Source: a virus (taxonomy: Duplodnaviria > Caudoviricetes). From it: 64,000 nucleotides of DNA. The notes under the pieces were generated by a model. That model saw only the letters and a program-made list of their open reading frames with translations. It had not been told where the DNA came from and did no database searches. Shown here in pieces: positions 27,044-37,274 of this stretch. Position 1 is the stretch's first letter. Each line of letters opens with the position of its first letter. The position numbers and the translations under genes are program-made. Where the stretch lies: IMG/VR virus record IMGVR_UViG_2799112320_000001, positions 3,606-67,605 of that record; one strand, given 5' to 3'.

Positions 27044-29700
27044 CACTGCGTCCGTATCAGAAAAAGGCCGTCGAGGCAGTGGAGGCGGAGTTCGGCAAAC
27101 CGGACATCCGCTCCACCCTCATTGTCCTCGCGACGGGGTGCCACGCCATTGGCGAGAAAGTGCTTCTCGCCAATGGCGACTCGGCAAGCGTAGAGAACGT
27201 CCATGCCGGAGATTTTTTGCTCGGCATGGACGGAACGCCGCGTCGCGTACTTGCCGTCCATCATGGCCATAAGCCATGCTATGAAATATCGCCAATCAAA
27301 GGCAAGCAGTTTGTCGTCACGGAAGACCACATGCTTTCGCTCGTGAAAACATCCATACGCCGAAACGGATTTCCGTCGCAGATTGGCGGCGATGTCGTTG
27401 ACCTTACGGTAAAAGAATATATCGGCAAATCAAAAACGTACAAGCATCAGCACAAGCTCTTTCGTGCGCCGATGATTGCATTCCCCGTGAAGGAGACACC
27501 CCTGCCGATACCCCCGTACATTGTCGGCGTCATGCTTGGGGACGGCGGACTAAAGTACAGCATAAACGTTACCACAGCAGAGCCGGAAGTGCTCGAGGCG
27601 TTGAGTTCGTATGCAAGATCGCTTGGCTATACGCTACGACCTGAACCTGCCGGTCTTGCAAATACGTGGATATTTCAGACTGGCGAAATCGGCTGCAACG
27701 GATCGCGTTTGCGCGGGATGCTCGCTCGTTTGGGGCTTTGGGGTTGCGGTAGCGGAGAAAAGCGCATACCGCGACAGTATCTGACGTCTTCAATCAAGGA
27801 CAGGCTAGAGCTGCTTGCCGGTCTCATTGACACAGACGGCTCAAAATCAAGCAATGGAAGTTGTGACTACATAACAAAGTCGCCGCGTCTGGCAGACGAC
27901 ATTTGTTTCGTGTGTAGATCGCTTGGTCTTGCGGCATACTCAAGCGTCTGCAAAAAATCAATTAAAAGCATTGGGTTCGTTGGTACGTATTACCGGATAT
28001 CGGTTAGCGGAGACTTGTCTGTGATTCCAACGCGAGTGCCTCGCCGCAAGTTTGACGTTAGGCGTCAGAAGAAATCAGTTTTGCGTACAGGTTTTTCAAT
28101 ACGGCCAGTCGGCGTGAAAGAATACTTCGGCTTTACAGTTGACGGCGACAACCGCTATTTGCTTGACGATTTCACCGTCACGCACAACTGCGGGAAGACC
28201 ATCATCTTCTCGCACCTCGCCCAGCGCGAAGTGATGCGGGGCGGACGTGTCCTTATCCTCGCACACCGCGGCGAACTCCTCCAGCAGGCAATCGACAAGC
28301 TCTACAAGGCCACTGGGATAGAAGCCGGGCTTGAGAAGGCCGAGGAGACGAGCGAAGTCTCAAGCTTCGATCTGCCGTATACGGTGGTCGTCGGATCCGT
28401 CCAGTCGATGAAATCGCAGAGACGGCTTGACCGATTCCGCAGCGACGAGTTTTCGCTTATCGTGATCGACGAGTGCCACCATGCGCTTACCAGCACTTAT
28501 CGTGCTGTTATAGACCATTTTCCCCATGCGCGCCTCCTCGGCGTCACCGCCACACCGGACCGCGGCGACCTGCGCGACCTCTCCGAGGTGTTCCAGACGA
28601 TTTCCTACGAGTATTCGATAGTGGACGCCATCCGCGACGGCTACCTGTGCCCGATACAGGCGCAGACAGTGCCTCTAAGGATTGACCTCACCCAGGTCTC
28701 CAAGCAGGGCGGCGACTACCAGGCCTCATCCCTCGGCAATGCGCTCGACCCGTATCTGAGGCAGATTTGCCGCGAAATAAAGGAACGCTGCCATGACAGA
28801 AAGACGATTGTTTTTACTCCTCTTATCGCGACCTCGCGAAAGATGTTGCAGATTTTTGTGGAAGAGGGCGTACAGGAAGTGCGCGAAGTTAACGGAGAAA
28901 GTACAGACCGAGCCGATATCCTTGACTGGTTCTCTCAGGCTCCGGCAGGCTGCGTACTTCTCAATTCTATGCTTCTCACGGAAGGATATGACGAGCCGTC
29001 TGTTGATTGCATTGTTGTTCTTCGGGCAACGAAGGTTCGCGCCCTATTTGTCCAGATGGTTGGGCGTGGAACCCGCCTCTCGCCTTCCACCGGAAAGCAG
29101 AATCTGCTTCTTCTCGATTTTCTGTGGCTTACATCGACGCACGACCTGTGCCGTCCTGCTTGTCTCCTGTCTGACGATCCAGAGGTGTGCGAGACGATAA
29201 CAAAGAAGCAGGAAAGCAAGGACGGCCAGGCGGCGCTCGACCTGACGGCGGAAACTCTGGAATCGGCGGAATCCGAGACCGTGAAGAAACGGGAGGACGC
29301 GCTGGCGAAGAAGCTCCGCGAACAGGCACACAAAAAGGGGAAGCTGATAGACCCGCTTGCCTATGCCTCGATGATCGGCTCCGAAGACCTCACGAAGGCT
29401 ATTCCGGCATCACTCGACCAGTCGAACCGCCCCACGATGGAACAGCTGGACCGGCTTGAACGCCTCGGGTTTGCCTGCCCCGGCTCCGCATCCGCCGCCG
29501 ATGCGTTATTGACAGCCTATCAACAGCGTGTTGACAGCGGGCTTTCCACCCCGCGCCAGATCAAGTTTCTGTCGTCGCGCGGCTTCCGCAACGTGGAGAC
29601 GTGGCCCATGCAGGCCGCGCAGAAGCTCATCAACCGCTTTGCGGCCTGCGGGTGGAACCGCATTCCCGCCGGAATCAATCCGGAGACCTACACGCCATGA
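27040..29700 (+). CDS. SF2 DEAD/DEAH-box helicase, intein-containing
   Basis: LRPYQ, LATG/CGKT (split), VIDECHH, GVTATPDR, LTEGYD, QMVGRGTR; start ATG 27040. Confidence 0.92.
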   Translation: MTLRPYQKKAVEAVEAEFGKPDIRSTLIVLATGCHAIGEKVLLANGDSASVENVHAGDFLLGMDGTPRRVLAVHHGHKPCYEISPIKGKQFVVTEDHMLSLVKTSIRRNGFPSQIGGDVVDLTVKEYIGKSKTYKHQHKLFRAPMIAFPVKETPLPIPPYIVGVMLGDGGLKYSINVTTAEPEVLEALSSYARSLGYTLRPEPAGLANTWIFQTGEIGCNGSRLRGMLARLGLWGCGSGEKRIPRQYLTSSIKDRLELLAGLIDTDGSKSSNGSCDYITKSPRLADDICFVCRSLGLAAYSSVCKKSIKSIGFVGTYYRISVSGDLSVIPTRVPRRKFDVRRQKKSVLRTGFSIRPVGVKEYFGFTVDGDNRYLLDDFTVTHNCGKTIIFSHLAQREVMRGGRVLILAHRGELLQQAIDKLYKATGIEAGLEKAEETSEVSSFDLPYTVVVGSVQSMKSQRRLDRFRSDEFSLIVIDECHHALTSTYRAVIDHFPHARLLGVTATPDRGDLRDLSEVFQTISYEYSIVDAIRDGYLCPIQAQTVPLRIDLTQVSKQGGDYQASSLGNALDPYLRQICREIKERCHDRKTIVFTPLIATSRKMLQIFVEEGVQEVREVNGESTDRADILDWFSQAPAGCVLLNSMLLTEGYDEPSVDCIVVLRATKVRALFVQMVGRGTRLSPSTGKQNLLLLDFLWLTSTHDLCRPACLLSDDPEVCETITKKQESKDGQAALDLTAETLESAESETVKKREDALAKKLREQAHKKGKLIDPLAYASMIGSEDLTKAIPASLDQSNRPTMEQLDRLERLGFACPGSASAADALLTAYQQRVDSGLSTPRQIKFLSSRGFRNVETWPMQAAQKLINRFAACGWNRIPAGINPETYTP
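27139..28188 (+). mobile_element. 350-aa intein with LAGLIDADG homing endonuclease
   Basis: N-terminal CHAIGEKVLLANG, GVMLGDG and LLAGLIDTDGS motifs, C-terminal TVTHN followed by +1 Cys; more AT-rich than the extein. Confidence 0.93.
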
Positions 29701-31937
29701 GCGAATACAGCGACTACGGCATGATCGAGCAGAAGCTCCGCGAAGGCATGTATGTCGGCAACAGGCACAAGTGCCGCCGCGACGTAGGCCGCATCGCCGG
29801 CGGGTGCCTGGCGTCTGGCCGCATTTCCGAAGAGGAGTCCGTCGCGCTGCGCAAACTTGCCTTGTCGTTGTCGTCCGACGGCGAGCGCCTGGGTGCCCGC
29901 GAATGGGACGAGGCTGTAGCCTATGGATGCCGACAGCCTCTTGAGAAGAGCGCCCCAGTGCCTACTGGCACATCGCATGCCGTCGGCTGGGACGAAGTTG
30001 TAAATCCCGACGACTACAGGATAGTGGACCGCAACTGGCTGGAGCACGAGACCGTGGCGGCCCCGTCCGAATGGAATCCGTGTCGTGAGCTGTCCGAGTA
30101 CCTTTCGGCGCTGTTCAGGCCGGAGGAACATGTCGCGTACCTTACGAATCCGCCGAACATCGGCGGCGAATACCGCTGCGTCGGAGGCGTGTGGTCCAAG
30201 ACGGTTGCCGAGATACAGAAATCCCTCGCCAAGGGGACGGACGACGGTTTTGCCGAGGCTGTCGGCACGCCGAACCCCGAATCCGGCGCGTGGATTGTAG
30301 TCAATCCCGTTGACGGCCAAGGCCGCAAGGACGCAAACATCGTCGCATTCCGTCATGCGCTCATCGAATGCGACACCATTCCCGTCAACGAGCAGGTTGC
30401 GATCTACAGGAAGCTTGAGCTGCCGTGTTCGGTCATCGTGCACTCCGGCGGCAAATCCGCACATGCGATCGTGCGCATCGACGCCGCCGACATTTCCGAA
30501 TACCGCAAGCGGGTGGACTTCCTGTTCACGGTCTGCGAACAGAACGGGCTGGCGTTCGACAAGCAGAACCGCAATCCGTCACGTTTTACGCGTATGCCGG
30601 GCTTTATCCGCGGCGAAGGCAAGCAATACATAATCTCCCGCGCCTGCGGCAAGAAGTCGTGGGAGGAATGGGAGTCGTGGATAAAGGAGCAGAACGACAG
30701 CCTCCCAGACTTCGAGACGCTTACGGAAGCCGAGATCGAGAATCCGCCTGCCCCGTTGCCGGAGCTGGTGGAGGGCATTCTCTCGATCTCATCCAAGATG
30801 ATAATAGCCGGTCCGTCGAAAGCCGGCAAGTCGTTCCTGCTCATCGAACTGGCGATCGCCATCGCGGAAGGAGGTCTTTGGGTCGGGCGCCGCTGCCGGC
30901 AAGGTCGCGTCCTCTATGTCAACCTGGAGCTGCACAAGGATTCGTGCACACGCCGCTTCTCGGCAGTCTACAAGGCCCTTTTCCCGACAGGGCGCCACGT
31001 CTCGTTCATCGACAGGTGGAACCTCCGCGGGTGCGCGGAGCCGATGGATACGCTCGCCCCAAAGCTCATCAGGCGCGCAAAGGACCGCGGCTACGCGCTG
31101 ATAATCGTAGACCCGATATACAAGGTGCTTACCGGCGACGAGAACAATGCGCGCGACATGGCCGAGTTCATGCGCTACTTCGACCGCATCGCCTACGAAT
31201 GCGGCTGCGCCGTCGCGTTCTGCCACCATCACTCCAAGGGGTTCCAGGGCGACAAGAACTCGCTCGACCGCGCCTCCGGATCCGGCGTTTTCGTGCGCGA
31301 CACGGATGCGCTCATCGACATGACTCAGCTCGACGCGGAGAACGCGCGCGCGCAGCTCCAGAACCGCTACGAGTGCGAGGCGATGCTGGAGGTCGCCCGG
31401 CGCGTGGCGATAGACACGTCGTGGGAGCAGGGCGTGTCGGCCGACGACAAGCTCGTCGCAAATCGGCTGGCTGGGATTCTTCCTGCTTTCTTCTCCGCCG
31501 AGGACATGTCGGACATCCTGGCCGCACGAGACGCCGCGGCAAAAAGGTGCGAGTCGATTACGGCGTGGCGGCTGTCGTACACGCTCCGCGACTTTGCGAC
31601 GCCAAAGCCACTCGGCACCTGGTTCCTCCACCCATATCACATGCTGGACGAGGAGGACCTGCTCACGGATGCAACGCCACAGGGCGCCCCCGTCCCCAAG
31701 TGGCAGGCCGCCAAGAACGCAAAAAAGGCCGCCTCCGAGAAGCCAGACAAGGCGCGGACCATGGTGAACCTTGTCAAGTTCGACCCCAAGAGGAGCTGGA
31801 CTACATCCGAACTGGCGTCGCAGCTGGGGGTGTCGCAACGTCGCATACAGCAGTATTGCAAAACCCTCGGCTGGACGATCGAGAAAGGCACTGTCGTGCC
31901 AAAGGAGGAAAACGACGATGAATGCCCCCCGTTTTAA
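29697..31937 (+). CDS. Primase-like / AAA_25 RepA-type replication protein
   Basis: HSGGKSAHAIV, NRNPSRFTRMPG, AGPSKAGKS Walker A, IIVDPIY, HHHSKG, RASGSGVF. Confidence 0.85.
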   Translation: MSEYSDYGMIEQKLREGMYVGNRHKCRRDVGRIAGGCLASGRISEEESVALRKLALSLSSDGERLGAREWDEAVAYGCRQPLEKSAPVPTGTSHAVGWDEVVNPDDYRIVDRNWLEHETVAAPSEWNPCRELSEYLSALFRPEEHVAYLTNPPNIGGEYRCVGGVWSKTVAEIQKSLAKGTDDGFAEAVGTPNPESGAWIVVNPVDGQGRKDANIVAFRHALIECDTIPVNEQVAIYRKLELPCSVIVHSGGKSAHAIVRIDAADISEYRKRVDFLFTVCEQNGLAFDKQNRNPSRFTRMPGFIRGEGKQYIISRACGKKSWEEWESWIKEQNDSLPDFETLTEAEIENPPAPLPELVEGILSISSKMIIAGPSKAGKSFLLIELAIAIAEGGLWVGRRCRQGRVLYVNLELHKDSCTRRFSAVYKALFPTGRHVSFIDRWNLRGCAEPMDTLAPKLIRRAKDRGYALIIVDPIYKVLTGDENNARDMAEFMRYFDRIAYECGCAVAFCHHHSKGFQGDKNSLDRASGSGVFVRDTDALIDMTQLDAENARAQLQNRYECEAMLEVARRVAIDTSWEQGVSADDKLVANRLAGILPAFFSAEDMSDILAARDAAAKRCESITAWRLSYTLRDFATPKPLGTWFLHPYHMLDEEDLLTDATPQGAPVPKWQAAKNAKKAASEKPDKARTMVNLVKFDPKRSWTTSELASQLGVSQRRIQQYCKTLGWTIEKGTVVPKEENDDECPPF

Positions 31938-32349
31938 CAAGTGCATATCCATGAGGCTGGAGCCGGACATACCCCGGCTCACGCATCAGAACGGCGTCAA
32001 GGTTGTTGTGCAGAACGGCAGGCCGCGCGTATACAAGACCCCCGCCCTTCGCGACCTTGAGGCAAAATACTGCACCCTTCTCAAGCCCCATGCGCCGCCT
32101 TCGCCGCTCGACGGGCCGATATGCCTCCGCGTCGCATACTATTTCCGCAGCTCCGCGGCTTGCACAACGTGGAAGACAACAAAGCCCGACACGGACAATC
32201 TCCTCAAGACACTCAAGGACTGCCTGACGCACTGCGGCTTCTGGAAGGACGACGCCCAGGTTTGCAGCGAAAGCGTAGTGAAGTTCTTGTCCGGCGAGGA
32301 CTGGCACGGAATAGTCGTGAACATTCAACAGCTGGACGGAACGCCATGA
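31918..32349 (+). CDS. rusA: RusA-like Holliday junction resolvase
   Basis: KPDTDNLLKTLKDCL...FWKDDAQV catalytic motif. Confidence 0.88.
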   Translation: MNAPRFNKCISMRLEPDIPRLTHQNGVKVVVQNGRPRVYKTPALRDLEAKYCTLLKPHAPPSPLDGPICLRVAYYFRSSAACTTWKTTKPDTDNLLKTLKDCLTHCGFWKDDAQVCSESVVKFLSGEDWHGIVVNIQQLDGTP

Positions 32350-32516
32350 TCCCCAAAGAAATGCAATCCTGCCACAACTGCATCCACTACGAGGACGATC
32401 CGCAGCCGAAGCCGTACTCTAGTGACTGTAAGACCCGTCACGCTGCATGGTATCCCCAGCGCGGCTATGGGCCGTGCCCACACTACAGCGAAATACCGCT
32501 TACCGACGAAATCTGA
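32346..32516 (+). CDS. Small Cys-rich protein
   Basis: SCHNCIHY...CPHY, coupled overlap. Confidence 0.6.
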   Translation: MIPKEMQSCHNCIHYEDDPQPKPYSSDCKTRHAAWYPQRGYGPCPHYSEIPLTDEI

Positions 32517-32529
32517 AAGGAGCCCCGAC

Positions 32530-32676
32530 ATGGCAGAGACATTGGCACACCTGTGTTTCGAATGCCCGACCCGCGACGAGTGCCGCAGGGCGTTCGGGAG
32601 ATACTACCTGGACAAGTCGCGCAACGGCCGCGGCTGCAACCATCCCTACCCGCCGCCCAAGAAGGAGGACAAGTAA
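32530..32676 (+). CDS. Small Cys-rich protein
   Basis: CFECPTRDEC...GC; GAAAGGAG RBS. Confidence 0.6.
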   Translation: MAETLAHLCFECPTRDECRRAFGRYYLDKSRNGRGCNHPYPPPKKEDK

Positions 32677-32677
32677 C

Positions 32678-32848
32678 ATGGCAGATACGATCATAAAGTT
32701 CGTGTTCGCCGGCGCGCTGTGTGTCAGCGTCGTGGTCGTGATGATAGTCGCGGTCTGCGAACTCATAGACTTCACACGCAAGGTCGAGGACCCTATCGGG
32801 AGCCTCGCAGATGAAGAGCAGGAGAAGGAGGACGGCAATGACAACTGA
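32678..32848 (+). CDS. Small membrane protein
   Basis: One TM helix; GGAGG RBS. Confidence 0.6.
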   Translation: MADTIIKFVFAGALCVSVVVVMIVAVCELIDFTRKVEDPIGSLADEEQEKEDGNDN

Positions 32849-33062
32849 AGGCATGGTGTCCGAAATGTGCGAGTACGCCGACGGGATCGCAAACCCGATG
32901 ATAAGCGACCGCATCAAAGAATACGGCGACCTCATCCTCGCCGCCGTTGAAGCAGAGCGAAAGGAATGGCAGAAGGAGCGGCTGACTTGGGAGCGGCGCG
33001 TGAAGATGGCCGCGAGTGTGGCTAAGGCAAAAGGCGGCAAAGTTGTGGAGGCGGGGAAATGA
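32838..33062 (+). CDS. Hypothetical protein
   Basis: 74 aa, GGAGG RBS. Confidence 0.6.
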   Translation: MTTEGMVSEMCEYADGIANPMISDRIKEYGDLILAAVEAERKEWQKERLTWERRVKMAASVAKAKGGKVVEAGK

Positions 33063-34726
33063 GGACCTTGAACACAGTAGACCTTTTCTGCGGCGCAGGC
33101 GGCGCATCCACAGGCATGGAGGACGCCTTGCACCGCATGAAACTGCACCACAAGGGGCTTGCAATAAATCATTGGGCCGTGGCCGTGGACACAATGCGCG
33201 CAAACCACCCCGACATTGACACCAAGCGCATGAGCATTGAAGAAGCGGTGCCGGCCGACCTCGTTCCGGGCGGCGAGGTTGACTTGCTCTGGGCGTCCCC
33301 GTCCTGCACACACCATAGCCGCGCCAAAGGCGGCAAGCCGCGCAGCAACCAACTGCGCGCACAGCCGGAGCTTGTGCTGACATGGCTCGATCAGCTTTTT
33401 GTGCGCCGTATCATCATTGAGAACGTCCCCGAATTTGTGGATTGGGGGCCACTCTCGAAGGACGGCAAGCCGATTGAGAAATTAAAAGGGTCATGCTTTA
33501 GGGCTTGGGTCGCGGCTATCGAGGCGCGCAATTACGCCGTTGAATGGCGCGTAGTGAATTGCGCCGACTACGGCGACGCAACGAGCCGCCGCCGATTTTT
33601 CCTTAAGGCCGTCCGGCGCGGGTGCGGAAGGATATGCTGGCCGGAGCCTACTCACGCCGAGAACCCGCAGCCGGATTTATTCCGCAAGCTGAAGCCGTGG
33701 CGCGGCGTCCGCGAGTGCCTTGACCTATCCGACACGGGCCGGAGTATTTTCAACCGCAAGAAGCCATTGGCAAAGAATACCCTCCGCCGAATTGCTGTCG
33801 GCTTGCGTAAGTTTTGCGGGCTTGATTTTCAGATGGATATGCTGGGTGCGGGCGAGAACGACGAAACGCGGGTATTGCCGACGACCGCGCCGTTGCGGAC
33901 ACAGCACACGGCGAACCGCACGGCCATCGTGCGCCAGTTTGTGGTGCGCATGAACAGGAACTGCGACGCCGAGAGCGTGGACGCGCCGCTTTCCACTACG
34001 ACGACGAAGGAACACCACGCCTTGTGTTCGCCGCTCATTCTGGATCACTTCAAGAACGGCGAGGCACAGAGCGTGGACGCGCCTATTGGAACGCAGACGA
34101 CGCACGACCGTTTCAGCATGGTTACGCCGTATCTCATAACAGAGCAGACGAACAACGCGCCGCGAGGGATCGACAAGCCGCTCCGGACGCAGACGATGGT
34201 GTGCAAAGACTACCTCTGCACTCCGCTAATTTTGGGGCAACAGGGTGGCGCGGCTTGCCGACCGATTGACGAGCCATGCCCGACGATTGCGACTGGCGGC
34301 GCGGTGCGGATGATTACGCCGCTTGTTTTGGGGCGCGACGCTTGCGCACAATGCCGCCCGGTGACGAAGCCCATGCCGACCCTTACTTGCGGCGGCGCGA
34401 TGCGCGTAATCACGCCGCTGATCCTTGACATGAGCCGACCAGGAGGAGCCGATGGCGGACACATCCGCACGGCGGACAAACCGATTCAGACCTTGACGAC
34501 GTGTGACAACGTGCAGGGCGTTTTCCCCGTGTTGGAAGACGGGCGCGTGATCGACATCCGCATCCGTATGCTGAAGCCGTCCGAACTTGCGGCGGCGCAC
34601 AGCTTCCCGAAGGACTACGTGCTTACGGGCAACCGTGGTGAACAGGTGAAGCAGATCGGGAACAGCGTACCAGTTATGACAGCCGCCGCCATGTGCGAGG
34701 CAGACTTTCGGGAGATGGCATCATGA
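33059..34726 (+). CDS. C5-cytosine DNA methyltransferase with repeat-expanded variable region
   Basis: Motif I DLFCGAGG, motif IV ASPSC, motif VI ENV, motif VIII R.R.F, motif X QIGNSVPV. Confidence 0.92.
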   Translation: MRTLNTVDLFCGAGGASTGMEDALHRMKLHHKGLAINHWAVAVDTMRANHPDIDTKRMSIEEAVPADLVPGGEVDLLWASPSCTHHSRAKGGKPRSNQLRAQPELVLTWLDQLFVRRIIIENVPEFVDWGPLSKDGKPIEKLKGSCFRAWVAAIEARNYAVEWRVVNCADYGDATSRRRFFLKAVRRGCGRICWPEPTHAENPQPDLFRKLKPWRGVRECLDLSDTGRSIFNRKKPLAKNTLRRIAVGLRKFCGLDFQMDMLGAGENDETRVLPTTAPLRTQHTANRTAIVRQFVVRMNRNCDAESVDAPLSTTTTKEHHALCSPLILDHFKNGEAQSVDAPIGTQTTHDRFSMVTPYLITEQTNNAPRGIDKPLRTQTMVCKDYLCTPLILGQQGGAACRPIDEPCPTIATGGAVRMITPLVLGRDACAQCRPVTKPMPTLTCGGAMRVITPLILDMSRPGGADGGHIRTADKPIQTLTTCDNVQGVFPVLEDGRVIDIRIRMLKPSELAAAHSFPKDYVLTGNRGEQVKQIGNSVPVMTAAAMCEADFREMAS

Positions 34727-34884
34727 CGCCCGGCGATATCCCCTGCAACGCGCCATGCTCGTGGCGGTGGTGCCTCTTCTGGAGCGACGGGCACTGCACG
34801 GATAACGAGACGTGCGAGAAGCAGACGCAGACGGATTTGGGCGAACCCGATGAACGGGACTACGGAGAGGCGGACGATGAATAG
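34723..34884 (+). CDS. Small Cys-rich protein
   Basis: 53 aa, coupled overlap. Confidence 0.5.
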   Translation: MTPGDIPCNAPCSWRWCLFWSDGHCTDNETCEKQTQTDLGEPDERDYGEADDE

Positions 34885-35161
34885 AAGCTACAACATGAAC
34901 ATTGACACGGGCGAAAAGACTTGGCTCACGCCGCGCTACATCATCGACGCACTCGGGCCGTTCGACCTCGACCCGTGTTGTCCGCCCAAAATGCCGTGGC
35001 GGACTGCGGCGGAGATGGTATGCCGCCCCGCCGACGGGCTCGCCGTGGACTGGCGCGGGACTTTGGCCCGTCTGCGCGAAAGCGGGCTTGTAGGGGCTTT
35101 GGTGCGGCTTAGAAGCGGCACAGACACAGACAACAACAGTGAAACGGAGGACAACCAATGA
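34877..35161 (+). pseudogene. Truncated phage Dam-like N6-adenine methyltransferase
   Basis: WLTPRYIIDALGPFDLDPC...DGLAVDWRG matches the N-terminal half; no NPPY motif follows in any frame. Confidence 0.75.
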
Positions 35162-35865
35162 GCAAAAAATACGAGTTCACAGGCGAGACGAAGGAGTGGT
35201 GTGGATGCACCCTGCACCGTATTCGCGCCGTCGTCTCGTTCGCCTATATCAAAGAGGGCGAGATGGGCGGATGGATCGAGACAGAAAGCAACCTATCCCA
35301 TGACGGTAACGCGTGGGTCTCCGGCGACGCGAGTGTCTCCGGCAACGCGGAGGTCTCCGGCAACGCGAGGGTCTACGGCAACGCGTGGGTCTACGGCAAC
35401 GCGGAGGTCTACGGCAACGCGTGGGTCTCCGGCGACGCGAGTGTCTCCGGCAACGCGGAGGTCTCCGGCAACGCGAGGGTCTCCGGCAACGTGAGAGTCT
35501 ACGGCAACGCGGAGGTCTACGGCAACGCGGAGGTCTACGGCAACGCGTGGGTCTACGGCAACGCGAGGGTCTCCGGCAACGCGAGAGTCTCCGGCAACGC
35601 GAGAGTCTACGGCAACGCGGAGGTCTCCGGCGACGCGAGTGTCTCCGGCAACGCGGACTATGTTGTCTTTAAGAACTGCTGGTCGTCGATGCGGTGGTTT
35701 ACCTATACGCGCTCCAACAAAAAGTGGAAAGTTGGGTGCTTCTACGGCACGGGCGAAGAGCTGATAAAGAAGGCGTACGCCGATTCCGAAAAGAGCGGCA
35801 AATGCTATGAGGCGATAGTCCGCGCGATGGAAACTATCGAGGCGGCGATAACCAAGGAGGACTAA
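35158..35865 (+). CDS. Hexapeptide-repeat (beta-helix) phage protein
   Basis: KKYEFTGETK...LHRIRA...GGWIE head followed by G(N/D)AxV(S/Y) repeats. Confidence 0.9.
   Translation: MSKKYEFTGETKEWCGCTLHRIRAVVSFAYIKEGEMGGWIETESNLSHDGNAWVSGDASVSGNAEVSGNARVYGNAWVYGNAEVYGNAWVSGDASVSGNAEVSGNARVSGNVRVYGNAEVYGNAEVYGNAWVYGNARVSGNARVSGNARVYGNAEVSGDASVSGNADYVVFKNCWSSMRWFTYTRSNKKWKVGCFYGTGEELIKKAYADSEKSGKCYEAIVRAMETIEAAITKED
35305..35655 (+). repeat. 19.5 tandem 18-nt coding repeats
   Basis: GGC(A/G)ACGCGnnnGTCT(A/C)C units counted by hand. Confidence 0.92.
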
Positions 35866-35867
35866 CA

Positions 35868-36455
35868 ATGGCTGAAACACAAGAGACAATCGCGGACATC
35901 ATCGCGGAGATGCATAGATTCGCAAAGCAACATGAGTATGACCATCCTGACATGGATACAAATGCTTGTGGCATAGAAGATTACGCCGACCGCCTGGAGG
36001 CGGCGTACGAGCGCGAGAAGGCCGCGATAGAGGCTGACGCGCTCGCTGTCGGCGGAGTCGTAGAGGCGGCGCACAGGCGCGAGCTTGCGGAGCGCGGCGA
36101 CGCGGCGAAACTGCGCGAGGCGCTGCTGTCAATTAAAGAGCTTAACTTCGAGCACGAGGAGGACTGGTATGACTTTTATCGAATAATTGAGACCGCCCTT
36201 GCCGCGCCGCCGCGCAACTGCGAGTCTTTGGACGCGCCGAAAGATTGCAACGATAAAGCCATTCACGTATCAGACAGAGTCCACATGCTCAATACTGATT
36301 CTAGCGGCGACCACGAGTGGGATGACGAGGTTTGCTCGCTTGAGTTTGTGGGCGAAGGCGGTGGTGACACGTGGCTCGTTCATGGGCGCGAAGGAGCGGC
36401 GTGGGCGTGCGAGTGCGAGGTATTGAAGCAGGAAGGAGCCACCGATGCAGACTGA
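35868..36455 (+). CDS. Hypothetical protein
   Basis: 195 aa, AGGAGG RBS. Confidence 0.75.
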   Translation: MAETQETIADIIAEMHRFAKQHEYDHPDMDTNACGIEDYADRLEAAYEREKAAIEADALAVGGVVEAAHRRELAERGDAAKLREALLSIKELNFEHEEDWYDFYRIIETALAAPPRNCESLDAPKDCNDKAIHVSDRVHMLNTDSSGDHEWDDEVCSLEFVGEGGGDTWLVHGREGAAWACECEVLKQEGATDAD

Positions 36456-36822
36456 AATCGAGAGCGCGAGGGACGCGCTAGAGAAGTGCTACGAAATCGC
36501 CCTACAGTGGGAGGCCGACGAGCTGGCTGGCGTCGCCGGAACGACCGACAAGCCCGAGGCGCTGAGCGCAAGCGAGGCGTTGCTGGAGGTAGAGCGGCTG
36601 TGTAAAAGCGCGCTTGCCTTGCCCCGCCTCAACTGCGAGGTGGGGACGGCGGAGGAGCAGGCTGTGCGGTTTGGAAAGTTGTGCGACAAATACTACAACG
36701 AAGAGGAGTCGTGCAACAAGGAATGTCCGCTTGCGTCGCTTTCCATGATACCCGGATTCCCTCGATGCCACGCATACTGGGCGCAGATGCCCTATGAGGA
36801 AAAGGAAGGAGGAGAGGAATGA
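36445..36822 (+). CDS. Hypothetical protein
   Basis: 125 aa, AGGAG RBS. Confidence 0.7.
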   Translation: MQTEIESARDALEKCYEIALQWEADELAGVAGTTDKPEALSASEALLEVERLCKSALALPRLNCEVGTAEEQAVRFGKLCDKYYNEEESCNKECPLASLSMIPGFPRCHAYWAQMPYEEKEGGEE

Positions 36823-37274
36823 ATAGTTGTGTCAATATCGGCGGAAACGCCGTCAGTATTATGGGCCGCGAAAGCATAAACAAGCAATGCTACGAGTGTG
36901 CCAACTGCAAAGAGCCGACTACGGGCTGGGACGGAAGCAAATTCCGATGCGCATTTCTCGGCAAAGACTTCGGCACATGGCACTATGATGTTCCAAATGA
37001 ATGCCCATGCAAAGGAAAGGGATGGAAGCCCGAGAAGAAGGAAGAAAGGAGGCGAGAAATGAGCGAAGAGGTCATCGTGACGGGCGAGTTCGTCAAGAAC
37101 GCGAAGCACCTATACCGCACGGCACTCCGCTTTGCAAAGGCGCAATACAACTGCTCTTGGGGGGCGACGATGGAGGAATGCGAAAAAATCGCAAGGAACC
37201 TCCGCCTGCTCCGCAAAGCGTTGACGCGCTTCAACCACGGCGTTGACCCGCTGACGGAAGGAGGCGCGAAGTGA
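36819..37274 (+). CDS. Hypothetical protein, in-frame fusion with internal start at 37059
   Basis: Cys-rich N-half; AAGGAGG RBS and ATG in frame at 37059. Confidence 0.65.
   Translation: MNSCVNIGGNAVSIMGRESINKQCYECANCKEPTTGWDGSKFRCAFLGKDFGTWHYDVPNECPCKGKGWKPEKKEERRREMSEEVIVTGEFVKNAKHLYRTALRFAKAQYNCSWGATMEECEKIARNLRLLRKALTRFNHGVDPLTEGGAK

Noticed and set aside
35305-35655. Regular 18-nt repeats as a possible CRISPR or other non-coding array
   Set aside because: No unique spacers; the repeats are in-frame hexapeptide codons of a well-known phage beta-helix protein
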